A stretch of DNA of 64,000 bases from Takakia lepidozioides (Eukaryota > Plantae > Bryophyta): assembly GCA_030704615.1 (NCBI GenBank), contig CM060734.1:42904001-42968000 (forward strand). The letters run 5' to 3'. The notes beneath the pieces are model-generated. The model made no database searches and had not been told where the DNA came from. It saw nothing but the letters and a program-made list of their open reading frames with translations. Positions 48,100 through 60,900 of this stretch are shown here, piece by piece; the stretch's first letter is position 1; every line of letters starts with the position of its first letter. The position numbers were made by a program, and so were the translations under genes.

Positions 48100-51000
48100 C
48101 AAATGGAAATTCGGCACCCAATTCCCACAGGGGAAGCCCGGATGAAGTTTCCGCCTCGGGCGCCGAGGCCTGCGCGTGTGCGACGACAGAGAATATCCCC
48201 CTGGATGGAGATTCGGCGGCCGAATTTCCATCCGGACCCCCCCAAAGGAATTCGTGTCGGGGGGTCAGGCCGAACACTGCCGGCATAAAAACATCCCCAG
48301 ATGGAAAAAACGGCGCCAAATTTCCATCCGTGGCGGTTCGGATGCACTCGGGGAGAGGGGAGAGGCCGACACTTGGCCGTCACATTTCAACCCCCGGACG
48401 GAAATTCGGCACCGAATATCGAACATGGGATGCCCGGATGAAGTCGCCTCGGCGTAGAGGTCGGCACGTGTTCGACAGAGAGCATCCCCTGGATGGAGAT
48501 TCGGCGCCGAATTTCCATCCGGGCCCTCCCCAATGAAGTCGGTCGGGGGGTCAGACCGAAAACTGGCCGACATAAAACCTCCCAGATGGGAAAACGGCGC
48601 CGAATTTCAATCCGGGGCTGTTCCAATGCAGTCGGGGAGAGGGGAGAGGTTCGGCACCTGGCCGTCATATTTCAACCCCCGGACGGAAATTCGGGCAACC
48701 GAATATCCAACAGAGCGGCGGAGAGGCCGGCACCTCTCCGACAGATACCATCCCCCCGGATGGAATTCGGCGCCGAATTTCCATCCAGCACGTAAGTGGA
48801 ATCCCGGATGGATCGAAATCCGGCGCCGCATTTCCATCTGCAGGTAATTCGAATCCCGGATGGATGGAAATTCGGCGCCGAATTTCATCAGCAGGTAAGT
48901 GGAATCCCGGATGGATGGAAATCCGGCAACGAATTTGCATCCTGCAGGTAATTCGAAACCCCGATGGATGGAAATCCGGCGCCGAATTTCCACCAGCAGG
49001 TAAAATCGGATCGCTGGCGTATGGATATTCGGCGCCGAATATCCATTCACCAGTATTTCATCGCTCAGAATTACCTTCCTGTAGTATTCTGATCGATAAA
49101 TTACCTTCTGCAGGTAATTTCGACGCGAGGAATTACCTTCCTACCTCATCGATCAGAATTACTTGGCAGGGAAGGTGGAATTCTGAGCATGAAATACCTG
49201 GTGAATGGAAATTCGGCGCCGGATTTCCATCCATCGGGGATTCGAATTACCTGCAGGACGAAATTCGGCGCACCGATTTCCATCAATCGGGGATTCGAAT
49301 TACCTGCAGGACGGAATTCGGCGCCGAATTTCATCCATCCGGGATTCCACTTACCTGCTGGTGGAAAATTCGCACCGGATTTCCATCCACCCGCTTCGGC
49401 ATTCTGCGTGAGGGAAAATTTCGCGCGCCGCCCTCTCTCTCAGATGGAATCCGGCGACCGGATTTCCATCCATCCGCTTCGAATTACCTGCGTGAGGGAA
49501 CTTTGGCTCGCCGCCCTACCGAATTTGCAGCGCCGACTTACCTACCTGGAGGGATGGAAATCCGGCGCCGGATTTCCATCCATCCGTGCTCCGAATTACC
49601 TTGCATGATGGAAATTTTGCGTGCCGACCTTCCTGGCGATGGAAATCCGGCGCATCCATCCGCTCTTCGATACTGCATGACGAAATTTTGCGGCGCGACT
49701 CCTGGCGGATGGAAATCCGGCGCCGGATTTTCCATTCATCCGCGCTCATCGAATTACCCTCCATGACTGGAAAAATGCGCCGAATTTTCCGATTTTGGTG
49801 CCAGTCAGATCTGGGACTTAGCCATTTTCGGCCCCGAACGGGAAAATGGCGCCAAAAAAAACAAAAAAAAAAAAAAAAAAAAAAAAAACACTCCATTTTT
49901 CCATTTCGGGCCGAAAATGGCTAAGTCCCAGATCTGACTGGCACAAAATCGGAAATTCGGTGCCATTTTTCCAGTCATGCAGGTAATTCGAAGAGGCGGA
50001 TGGATGGAAATCCGGCGCCGGATTTTTATCCATCCGCGCTCCCCGAATTACCTCCATGATGGAACTTTTTGCGCGCGACCTACCAGGCGATGAAATCCGG
50101 CGCCGGATTTCCATCCATCCGCTCTTCGATTACCTGCATGACTGGAAAAGGGCGCCGAATTTTCCGATTTTGGTGCCAGTCAGATCTGGACTTGCCATTT
50201 TCGGCCCGACCTGGAGAAATGGCGCCAAAAGAAAAAAAAGAAAAAAAAAAACACGCCATTTTTTCCATTTCGGGGCCGAAAATGGCTAAGTCCCCAAATC
50301 TGACTGGCACCAAAATCGGAAATTCGGCGCCATTTTTCCAGTCATGGAGGTAATTCGAAGAGCGGATGGATGAAATCCCGGCGCCGATTTCTATCCATCC
50401 GCGCTCCCGAATTACCGTCCATGATGGAAATTTTGCGCGCTGACCCTACCAGCGGATGGAAATCCGGCGCCGGATTTCCATCCATCCGCTCTTCGAATTA
50501 CCTGCATGACTGGAAAAATGGCGCCAAAAAAAAAAAACAAAAAAAAAAAAAAAAAAAAAAAAACGCCATTTTCCCAGTTCGAGGTCGAAAACGGCTAAGT
50601 CCCAGATCTGACTAGCACCCAAAATCGGAAATTCGGCGCCATTTTTTCCAGTTCTGGGCCCAGTGCAGATTTGGGACTTAGCCATTTTCGGCCCCGAAAA
50701 TGGCTAAGTCCCTACGATGGCTGGACCGCAACTGAAATTCGACACCATTTTCCAGTTCCGCGCCCTATCCAGATCTGGGACTTAGCCATTTTCGGGGCCG
50801 AAAATGGCTAAGTCCCCTAGGGTGGCTGGCACCAAAATTGGAAATTCGGCGCCATTTTTCAGTCATGCAGGTAATTCGAAGAGCGGATGGATGGAAATCC
50901 GGCGCCGGATTTCTATCCCCCGCGCCGAATTACCTCCATGATGGAAATTTTGCGCGCCGACCTACCAAGCGGATGGAAATCCGACGCCGGATTTCTATCC

Positions 51001-51298
51001 ATCCGCGCTCCGAATTACCTCCATGATGGAATTTTGCGCGCCAACCTACTTGGCGGATGGAAATCCGGCGCATCCGCTCTTCGAATTACCTGCATGACTG
51101 GAAAAATGGCGCCGAATTTCCGATTTTGGTGCCAGTCATATCTGGGACTTGGCCATTTTCGGCCCCGAACTGGAAAAATGGCCGCCCAAAAAAAAAAAAA
51201 AAAAAAAAAAAAAAACGTCATTTTTTTCCAGTTCGAGGTCGAAAACGGCTTAGTCCCAGATCTGACTAGCACCCAAAATCGGAAATTCGGCGCCATTT
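48100..51298. repeat. Array of GGATGGAAAT(T/C)CGGCGCCG(A/G)ATTTCCATCC palindromes and poly(A)-loop foldback units
   Basis: Dozens of copies. Perfect 30-bp palindrome at 50454-50483. Poly(A) tracts near 49854, 50227, 50526 and 51188. Confidence 0.95.
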
Positions 51299-54200
51299 TT
51301 CATCCTCACTCACTTCTTTTTCTCCATCAGAATCAGAGGAATCAGCCATAGGAATATCAGTACTCTTCTGCATTTCCCTTATGGTATCTGCCACTTCTTT
51401 GTGCAGTTCTTTCTCATCTCTCCAAGCCTCATCATCTTCAGGCACATCACTGCTCTTTCATTATCATCATCTTCTCAACTAATGGAGGTATTAGTTTGGC
51501 TTTGCTTCTCATTACTATCATTGTACTTACTTCTGGTACAACACATGGCCTAACCATGTAAGCTGCCACCACAGGGCCCTCATTCACAGGAGCTCTCATC
51601 TCATTCTGGTGTCTAATCCAGAATGAACAGACTGCCTTGCGATGTCTTGCCTGATTACAATAGAAACACAGTTCTTCACCATTGGGTCCTCGCCTTGGTC
51701 TGCTCTAGGATTATTTCTGTAATCCTGATTCCCTAGCTGGTAATTCCCCCTTGGATTACCCTGATAGTTGCCCCTGGAATTTCCTTGGTAATTCCCTCTT
51801 AGATTACCTCTCCCTTCCATACCATTGTTATAACCACCAGGCCTACCATAGTGGTCCTGATCACTGTTTCTTCTTGGCTGGGGCTGCATTTGATGCACCC
51901 TTACTTGCCTAGGTTCTCTAGCAGCTGTCCTTCTGTTGTAGTAACAATTCTCAGTAGAATGGTTATCTATCTTACAGATAGTACAATGTTTCTCCTTCAT
52001 GTGGCATTCAGTGGTGGTATGGCCTTCATTCTGGCACTTTGCACACCAAACACCTTTCCTCCAATGTGTTACAGCCTCTGTGGCATACTTCTTCAAGATT
52101 TCTTCTAATCTTTTCTCATAGTTCCCTCTTCAACTTTTCCTTCCTCTTACTCTTCCTTTTCAACTCTTGCTCTTCTTTCTCATCTGACTCATCCTTAGAA
52201 TCCTCATCATCCATTTTCTCTCTCCTGAGCATTCCCAATTGCTCAATTTTGTTCGTTGTTTCAAATGCCTCCTCCACTGTATTATGGGGTAACTTATCCA
52301 CTTTCTTTTGCAACTCTGGTCTTAGTCCACTCACAAACCAAGTCTTCTGTAAACCAAGTGCTGGTATTACAACAGTTCATCCTCAGTTTTACTTTTTTCC
52401 TGACCTATTTCGGAATGTTGTATTCAAGCCATTTCCAGGTTAGGAAATGATTATCAGGGAATCTTGCATACCATTCACTTGCTTTCTTTATAAGTGAACA
52501 AGGAAACAGTCTCATTTTGGCATCATCGCCATTCTCATTGTTCACAAAACACATGTGGTCAAATTGGCTGATGTGTACATCAGGATCCCCTTTTCCTGAA
52601 TATATTGGAAAAGGTGGTTTTGCCCGTGTTGGTTGTAACGCCATCTGTGGCCTTACCTTCTGCCCACTTACAGGTGCTGGCCCCCTTGCTGGTGCTGGTC
52701 CTTGAGGACTTGTTGTAGTTGTGGTGGAACTTCCACCAAGTGGTGGCCCCTGAGCACTCCCTGCTATTGGCCCCACTCTATTCACGGTATTCCCAGCTCC
52801 AGTTGCACTACTTCCACACTCCCTGTCCCCCCAGAGCCAGATCCACCAGGCTGCCCGCCTGATCCCCTGAGCCGACACCTTCGTTGCCTGTGATCCAAGT
52901 GCTCCACTTGATCCAGGTCCAACGGGTTGGGATGTCCTGGTTGTAGTCTCAACCTCAGCTGTGGGGTCTACTTCTTCATACTCTTCCTCTTCCATTTTTC
53001 TCTCTGTTTTCATCCTCCAAGTTTCTGCCCTTGGGTTTCTTCTTCACTCATGTAACTCAACTCAATGCAATGGTGTGGGAGAGTCTGAACTCTCCGTTGG
53101 CTCTGCCACATCCTCTCCTCTTTTTTCATCTTCCGTCTCAGAAACTGGAGTTCCTGCTTTTGGTGTTCCATGCCAACTCTTATCAATGATTTCTGTCAAA
53201 TCTTTATCCAGGGATGTACCTCAGATCTTTCACCTCGCGGTTGATCTTCTTCCCGTACTATTCCCTTAATCTTTTCTTGCAAAGAAAAAGAAGGAGTGGC
53301 ATCCACTCTAGTTCTTCGGTATGGGTGATGTACTCTCTGATCCTAATGGTGTGAGAGGTCCAGATGATTCCCCTATATCTATTCCTCTCTCCCAAAGATA
53401 TGGATAATTAGCTTTCAGATAATTTCACTTTTTGCTTGAATATCTCTGGAGTCTAGCTTCTCTTTCATCACTCATGTCCCATGTCTTTCATTTCTTTAAT
53501 GTGGCAATAACCAAAATTCTCTTCTACAGTATCTCTCGTATATGCCTGGGTTTCTTTCAAGCTTCAATGCACCCTTGGCTATACTAGAAGTCTCCGTTAC
53601 CATATAACCATATGGCAAACAAGTCTGGAAGCTGTTCTTGGTGTGAGTTTGATCCACAAAACATCCTTTGGAATCCAATTCTTTACCAGTACAAGCTCCT
53701 CATGCATATGAGTATAAACATTCACCTTCCTTTCCTCCCAGCCTTCAAACTCTACTCGCTTAATGGATAGCAATGCTATCACATAAACCAGTGTTGGTAA
53801 CCAACGAGCTCTTCCTCTACAGGCCACCTGATAAATCTTTATCACTCCTTTCTCCAAACCGCACTTAGGGTCAGCATCATGCACTCTCTTAAGAATGTTT
53901 TCTTTACAACCGTCTGGCAATTCCAAGAACCTCTGAAAGAATTGCTTGGACAATCTTTCCTTCTCGGTTTCACAGGGAATTTGATTCACATCAAATTCTT
54001 TAATTCTCCAACCACCATGATCCCACCAGATGCCTGTCACATCTGGTTGTTCATGACCTAGTTCCCCCGTATGGTCGCCAAATGTCGAACGGCTTTTACT
54101 CACCCATCCCTTCGCTATCCGAGGTGGAAACTCCAAGATAGAAGAGTTGGATATCTCTAAGCACTCAGCCCGCTCAGAACTATCAGTCATGACCTGCAGC

Positions 54201-54931
54201 TAGTGAATCATGGTTGTGTTTCCCATTTGTATTCCTTCTTGCCTTCATGTTATCAATTTACCTTACCGTGAATACTGAAGCATCAGATTGCTTCAGTATC
54301 TACTAAGTTCCAGTTAAACATGCATTCATTCCACAGCTTCACTCATGACTCTCTACACCGTGTGATTGTATCGAATAAGTATTAGATTATGACTTATCAG
54401 ATATCAGGTCAATGCCATGGTGACTATAATCTGCCCTCCAGTATCACTACAACTTTGCATGTAATAAGCATCTACTATTCATCTTTCCTCCTTCTCTGTG
54501 CTCTCGTTCTTTCTGCTCTCCGCTGATCTCCTCCTCTCATGACCAAGAAGCGCTCCCCGTGAAGTCCCCCTTCTTCCCGTTGCCGCCCTCCTTATCTGCC
54601 CGCAAGCTGTTCTAACCACCTAACTAACTAACTGTCATCCCTGAAGTAATACGTTCCCTCTGCAGATGTCGTTCCCTTTCAATGATAACTGTTCCCCATA
54701 TATTGTGACAGGCTGTGTCAAGCTGTGTCCGAGCTTTGTGAAGCTGTGTCGGGCTGTGACTTTGTTTGTCAAAGCTGTGGCGGGCTGTGACTGGTTGTGT
54801 CAGGCTGTGTGACCCCCCTAAAACTTGCTGCTGCCACCCCCTAAGCTCCTGTTGATCTCAGTCTGCGCAAAAACTAAGGGTACCCTACAGAACCCATAAA
54901 AAACGTCTAAGTCCCAAGCAGCCCTCTAACA
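51299..54931 (-). mobile_element. Second copy of the Ty3 family (5' LTR, PBS, 5' ORF, gag), 3'-truncated
   Basis: LTR 54931-54083 (TGTTAGAG...CGACA), PBS TGGCGACCATACGGGGGA and gag homologous to 17100-20030. Confidence 0.93.
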
Positions 54932-57900
54932 GTGCTCAGGGGCCAGCACTTGGTGGAAGTTCCACCACAACTACAACAGGTCCACAAAGACCAGCACCAG
55001 CAGGGGGGCCAGCACCTATCAGTGGGCAGGGGGTAGGGCCACAGATTGCGTTACAACCAACACGGGAAAAAAACCATTATTTTCCAATATATGCAGAAAA
55101 AAGGATCCTGATGTACACATCAGCCAATTTGAGCACATGTTTATTGTGAACAATGAGAATGGCGTTGATGCCAAAATGAGACCGTTTCCTTGTTCACTTA
55201 TAAAGAAAGCAAGTGAATGGTATGCAAGATTCCCTTATAATCATTTCATAACTTGGAATGGCTTAAGTACGGCAATCCGAAATAGGTTCAGGACAAGTAA
55301 AGCTGAGGATGAAGTGTATGGAAATTTACAACAGTTAAAGCAAAAGAAGCATGAAACTGTTGAAGAGTACATGGAAAAGATGGAATTGATGATGAAAAAG
55401 TTGGATGTTGTAACAGCACCAGGATTACAGAAGACTTGGTTTGTGAGTGGACTAAGACCAGAGTTGCAAAAGGAAGTGGATATGCTATCCCATAATATGG
55501 TTGTAGGAGCATTTGAAACAGCTAACAGAATTGAGGCAATTGGGAATGCTCAGGAGAGAGAAAAAGGATGATGAGGACTCTGAGGATGAGTTAGATGAGG
55601 AAGAAGAGCAAGAGCTCAAGAGGAAGAGTAAGAAGAAAGAAAAGTTGAAGAGGGATAACTATGAGAAAAGATTAGAAGAAATCTTGAAGAAGTATGCCAC
55701 AGAGGCTGCAACAACATTGGAGGAAGGGTGTTTGGTGTGCAAAATGCCAGAATGAAGGCCATACCACCACTGAATGCCACATGAAGGAGAAACACTGTAC
55801 TATCTGTAAAATGGATAACCATTCTACTGAGAATTGTTATTACAACAGAATGACAGCTGCAAGAGAACCTAGGCAAGTAAGGGTGCATCAATTGCAGCCC
55901 CAACAAGAAGAAACAGTAATCATGACCACTATGGTAGGCCTGGTGTTTTAACAATGGTATGGAAGGGAGGTAATCCAGAGGGAATTACCCAGAAATCCCA
56001 GAGGCAACTATCAGGGTAATCCAAGGGGGAATTACTAGCCAGGGAATCAGGATTATAGAAATAATCCCAGAGCAGACCAAGGGCGAGGACCCAATGGTGA
56101 ATAACTGTGTTACTATTGTAATCAGGCAGGACATCACAAGGCAGCCTGTTCATTCCGGATTAGACACCAGAATGAGATGAGAGCTCCTGTGAATGAGGGC
56201 CCAGTGGTGGCAGCTCACATGGTTAGGCCATGTGTTTGTACCAAGTAAGTACAATGATAGTAACCAGAAGCGAAGCTAAATTACTACTCCATAGATTGAG
56301 GAAGATGAGATAATGAAGATGGCAATGATGTGCCTGAAGATGATGAGGCTTGGAGAGATGAGAAGGAACTGCACATGGAAGTGGCAGATACCATAAGGGA
56401 AATGCAGAAGAGTACTGATATTCCTGTGGCAGATTCCTCTGATTCTGATGGAGAAGAAGAAGTGAGTGAGGATGAAAGGAAGAAAGAAGATGCAGACATG
56501 CAAAGTAATGAAGGGACTTTGGCTGAAGTAATATGCCAGACCAAAGCGGAGATTACCATTGGACAGCTATGGTTGTGGCACCTTATTGTAGACACAGGGG
56601 CTGTATCAAGCAATCAATCGAATTGCCCAGGAGAGAGGAAACAGACCTGACCAGCAAGGTGACCAATTATAATGTGAAGCCGTAAGGCCGAGAAACAGTC
56701 ATGGATTTTGATGATTCTATGCCAGTAATCCAATTGAGAATTGGAAGCACAGAACTAACTGATGTACTGATAGATGGAGGCTCTGGAGTAAATATCATGA
56801 CAGACCAATTAAGGAAGAAGCTTGGTCTAAGTAACATGAAACCAGCCCCATTTACAGTAACAATGGCAGATCAAAGAAGGTACAGCCATTGGGATTGATA
56901 AGAGGAGTTAATATACAGATTCAAAGATGATCTTTATGATCACAGTAACTGTGTTGAAGATGGATGAAGTCATGGAGGCTTACTCCTTATTATTGGACGT
57001 CCGTGGCTGAAACAGGCCAGGGTATTCCATGACTGGAATTCTCAGTTACTAACTGTGCATAATGGGATGCATGAGATACAATTACCACTAAGAAATCTAG
57101 TAGATTACCTGCTACAAGAAGACCTCGAAGAGTCAGAGAGTATGACTGGAAGGGAGGACTGGATGAGGAGCAGGAAGCTACCCTGTTCGTTGCACACCCA
57201 GAGTGGGAGCGCAGGTTGCAGAGATGCGGCTGGAAGGCCTAAGTTGTTTAAGAGGTATCTGCTTGGTGTAGTGTCAACAACACCAATTGAAGAGGAAACC
57301 AACAGTTACCCATCACATTTCTATGAAAGAAAGAGAAGTAGAAATGGAAATCCTAGAGGAACCAGCCACTGTGAGTTTATAGGATGAAGTGGTGACTGGT
57401 TGGACAATCACAGCTGATGAGCAAGTAGGGGAAGTGAATGTGGGAACTGAAGAGGAACCGAGGATGGTGAAGGTAGGAGCTGATTTGGAGCCAGAATTCT
57501 TTGAAGAAGCTAAGAGTTTGTTTATCAATACAGAGATGTATTTGCTTTGGAGCTATGAGGATCTAAAAGGGATACCACCTGAAATCTGTTTGCATAAGTT
57601 GAACTGGAACCAGGGTCAGTACCAATCAAGTATGCAAGGTACAGAATGAATCCCAACTATGCACAGAAGGTTGGAGAAGAGATCAAGAAGTTGGCTGAGG
57701 GTAAGTTCATATACCCAATAGAGTATACAACTTGGTTGTCACCCATTGTGATAGTTCCCAAGAAGAATGGTAAACTGAGAGTTTGTGTGAACTATAAGAC
57801 GTTGAATGCTTGCACGAAGAAAGATCCATTTCCCTTGTCATTCACAGAAGCAGTATTGGACACTGTGGCAGGCCATGAGATGTACTCATTCATGGATGGC

Positions 57901-60900
57901 TTCAGTGGGTTATAATCAAGTGCAATTGGGCAGAAAAGACCAGGGAAAGGCAGCTTTCATCATAGACTAGGGTCTTATGCATACAAAGTCATGCCCTTTG
58001 GACTTTGTAATGCACCAGCAACCTTTCAGAGAGTGATAAGTGAATCTTTTCAAGAATATCTGGATGATTTCATGCAGGTGTTCTTGGATGATTTCAGTGT
58101 GTACAGCTCTAAGAATGAGCACTTGCATAAATTGGAGTTATGTCTGGCCAGATGCAGGATGAGAGGTCTGGGCATGAATCCAGAGAAGTGTAATTTATGT
58201 GTGAACTCAGGGGTGCTTCTGGGACACATTGTGTGTAAGAGGGGACTTCTTGTGGATCCCAGGAAGACAGAGGCCATTAAAGCCTCTCCACCACTAGTAA
58301 ATGTTAAGAGTCTAAGGAGATTCCTTGGGCAAACCGTTATTACATAAGATTGTCAAAAGTATGCACAAATAGCAGCACCATTGAGCAAGCTTCTGAAGAA
58401 AGATGCAGTGTTTGCATGGACAGCTGAATGTCAACAAGCTTTTGATGAACTTACATTGTCAATAACAACTACACCTGTGCTGATTAACCCTCACTGGCAT
58501 GTAGTATTTCATGTTCACTGTGATGTCTCAGGAGAAAGTTAGGAGCGGTGTTTAGCCCAGAATGTTACAGGAAATATAGATTCACTTGTGTACTATGCTA
58601 GCAGGTTGATGAACAGTGCTGAAAGGAACTATAGCACAACTGAGAGAGAAGCACTGGCAATGATTTATGCAGTCAAGAAATTCAGACATTACCTATTGGG
58701 AGAAAGTTTATGTTTTATGTGGATCACAGGCTCTGATATATCTGGTGAACAACCTTTGATAAGTGGAAGGATAGCGGGTGGTTAATAATCTTGCACGAGT
58801 TTGAGTTCGAGGTTGTTTACAAGCCTGGTCGTTTGCATCTTGTGGCAGATCATTTGTCACGACAAACAACAGGAGAAGCCGCCACAGGAGTAGACGATCA
58901 GTTACCTGATGCGAGTTTATTTTGTTATGGAGGTGCAAGGAAGTGGCAGATGATGGTTAGATTGGCAGTGGCCAATCAGATACTACTTACTCATGGTCAG
59001 TGCCCACCTAGTTATGGTAAGGAGCAGAGGAAGAGAATCGTCAAGAAATTCAGGCATTACCTGTTGGGCAAGAAGTTTATGTTCTATGTGGATCACCAGG
59101 CTCTGATATATACCTGGTAAACAAACCTTGATAAGCGGAAGATAGCAAGAGGTTGATAATCTTGCACGAGTTGAGTTCGAGGTTGTTTACGCCTGGAGAC
59201 TGCATCTTGTGGCGGATCACTTGTCATGTTATCAACAGGAGAACCGCCACACAGGATTAGATGATCAATTACCAGATGCGATCTATTTGCAGTGGAGGTG
59301 CAGGGAAGTGCAGATGACTGGTTAGATTGGCAGTGGCCAATCAGATACTACCTGCTCATGGTCAGTGCCCACCTAGTTATGGTAAAGGAGCGAGGAAGGA
59401 GAATCGCTATCAAAGCTTTACCTTATACTATAGTAGGAAGCAGAATGTATAAGCTAGGACCTGATGGAGTACTAAAACGATGCTTGTCCCACCTGAAGTA
59501 ATAAGTTTTGGGAGAAGTTCATAAAGGATGCTGGATGTCATTTTGGAGAAGAACTACCAGTAGAGAAGATACTACTCGTAGGTTACTGGTGGCCTACTTT
59601 GTTCAAAGTGATGTAACACTAGTATGTCAGAGTTGTGATGAATGTCAGAGGCTAGGACCTTGCAGAGATCTGGAAGGATGGCCTTGCATCCTACAATGCC
59701 TACGGAACCATTTCAGAAATGGGGAGTAGACTTTGTTGGACCAATAACCCATTAACCCACCAGCCAAGAATACACGGAACAGGTACATAATAACAAGTAC
59801 AAATAATTACAGCCACTGTTATAGTATGACGTGGTGGAAGCTAAAGCTTTGAGGGACAACACAGCCAAGTCCACAGCAAAAGGTTCCTGTATGAAACATA
59901 CTTAAACGATTGGCTGTCCCTTGGAATTTATCAGTGATCAGGGAAGTCACTTCATTAATGAGCCCATTGAACTATTGACTAAAGTTCATGATTGTGGCAT
60001 AGGAAAAGTACACGTATTACCCATAGGGTAATGGGCAGGCAGAGCTACCAACAAAATACTATGTACTATCTTGGCTAAGATAGTCAATGCAAACAGAACG
60101 GATCGGGATACAAAGCTGCTGACAACTTTGTGGTCATACAGGACTTCATATAAAGTCACCACTAAATATATATCATTCCCATTAGTTTATGGTATGGAAG
60201 CTTTACTTCCAGTGGAATTCCTGTTACCTACCATGAGAACGGAATGGGGAAAGAGAATGGTAATTGCAAGATTCAATTAAGGTCAGAAACATGAATATAC
60301 CATGTGGAAAAGTACGTGCTGATGCAGCTAATAACATGACCAGAAATTCAGATGAAGAGAAATGAACAGTTTGATGAAGGCAAGTTAAAGACTTTAAGAC
60401 GGGAGATTTGGGTTCTCTGGTTGCAGAAGAAGAAGGGAAGATTAAAGCTTCTAAGCTTAAAATCACCATGGAAAGGACCTTATGTCATACAGAAGATGTA
60501 GATAACAACACCGTCATGTTACAAACATTAACACAGAGATGTTGGGAGAGTCAATGCCAATAAGTTTGAAGGGGTACAGTGGTATCCATGACAAACCATT
60601 ACAGCATTATTTTGCATGTTGACACACAGAAGCAGTCACGTGCTGCCGCCAGTGATACCACGAATATGGAGCACTTGTCTCTAGGCCGAGCGTATGTGAC
60701 CAGGGCGGGCAGTACAAGCGCGGCACAGCCTATCACAGCCCATCACAGTGTGGCACAGCCTATCACAGCCCATCACGGTGTCACACAGTCTATCACAGCC
60801 CATCATGGCGCGACACAGCCTATCACAGCCCATCACGCGCGGCACAGCCTATCACACCACAACAGCCCAGCACGGTGTCACACAGCCTATCCACAACCTA

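Larger units (their letters stand above)
44479..51298 (-). mobile_element. Second MULE-type element (one probable terminus near 44479; other end lost)
   Basis: Interrupts the Ty3 RT. The motifs GGACTTAGCCA.TTTTCGGC and AATTCGGCGCC occur both at 44720-45010 and at 48100-51298, on either side of the transposase gene. Confidence 0.7.

Noticed and set aside
48100-51298. Second CRISPR-like array and the many overlapping MEIRRRIS/KSGAGF ORFs
   Set aside because: Spacers are repetitive, and the ORFs in all frames are by-products of GC-rich palindromes.
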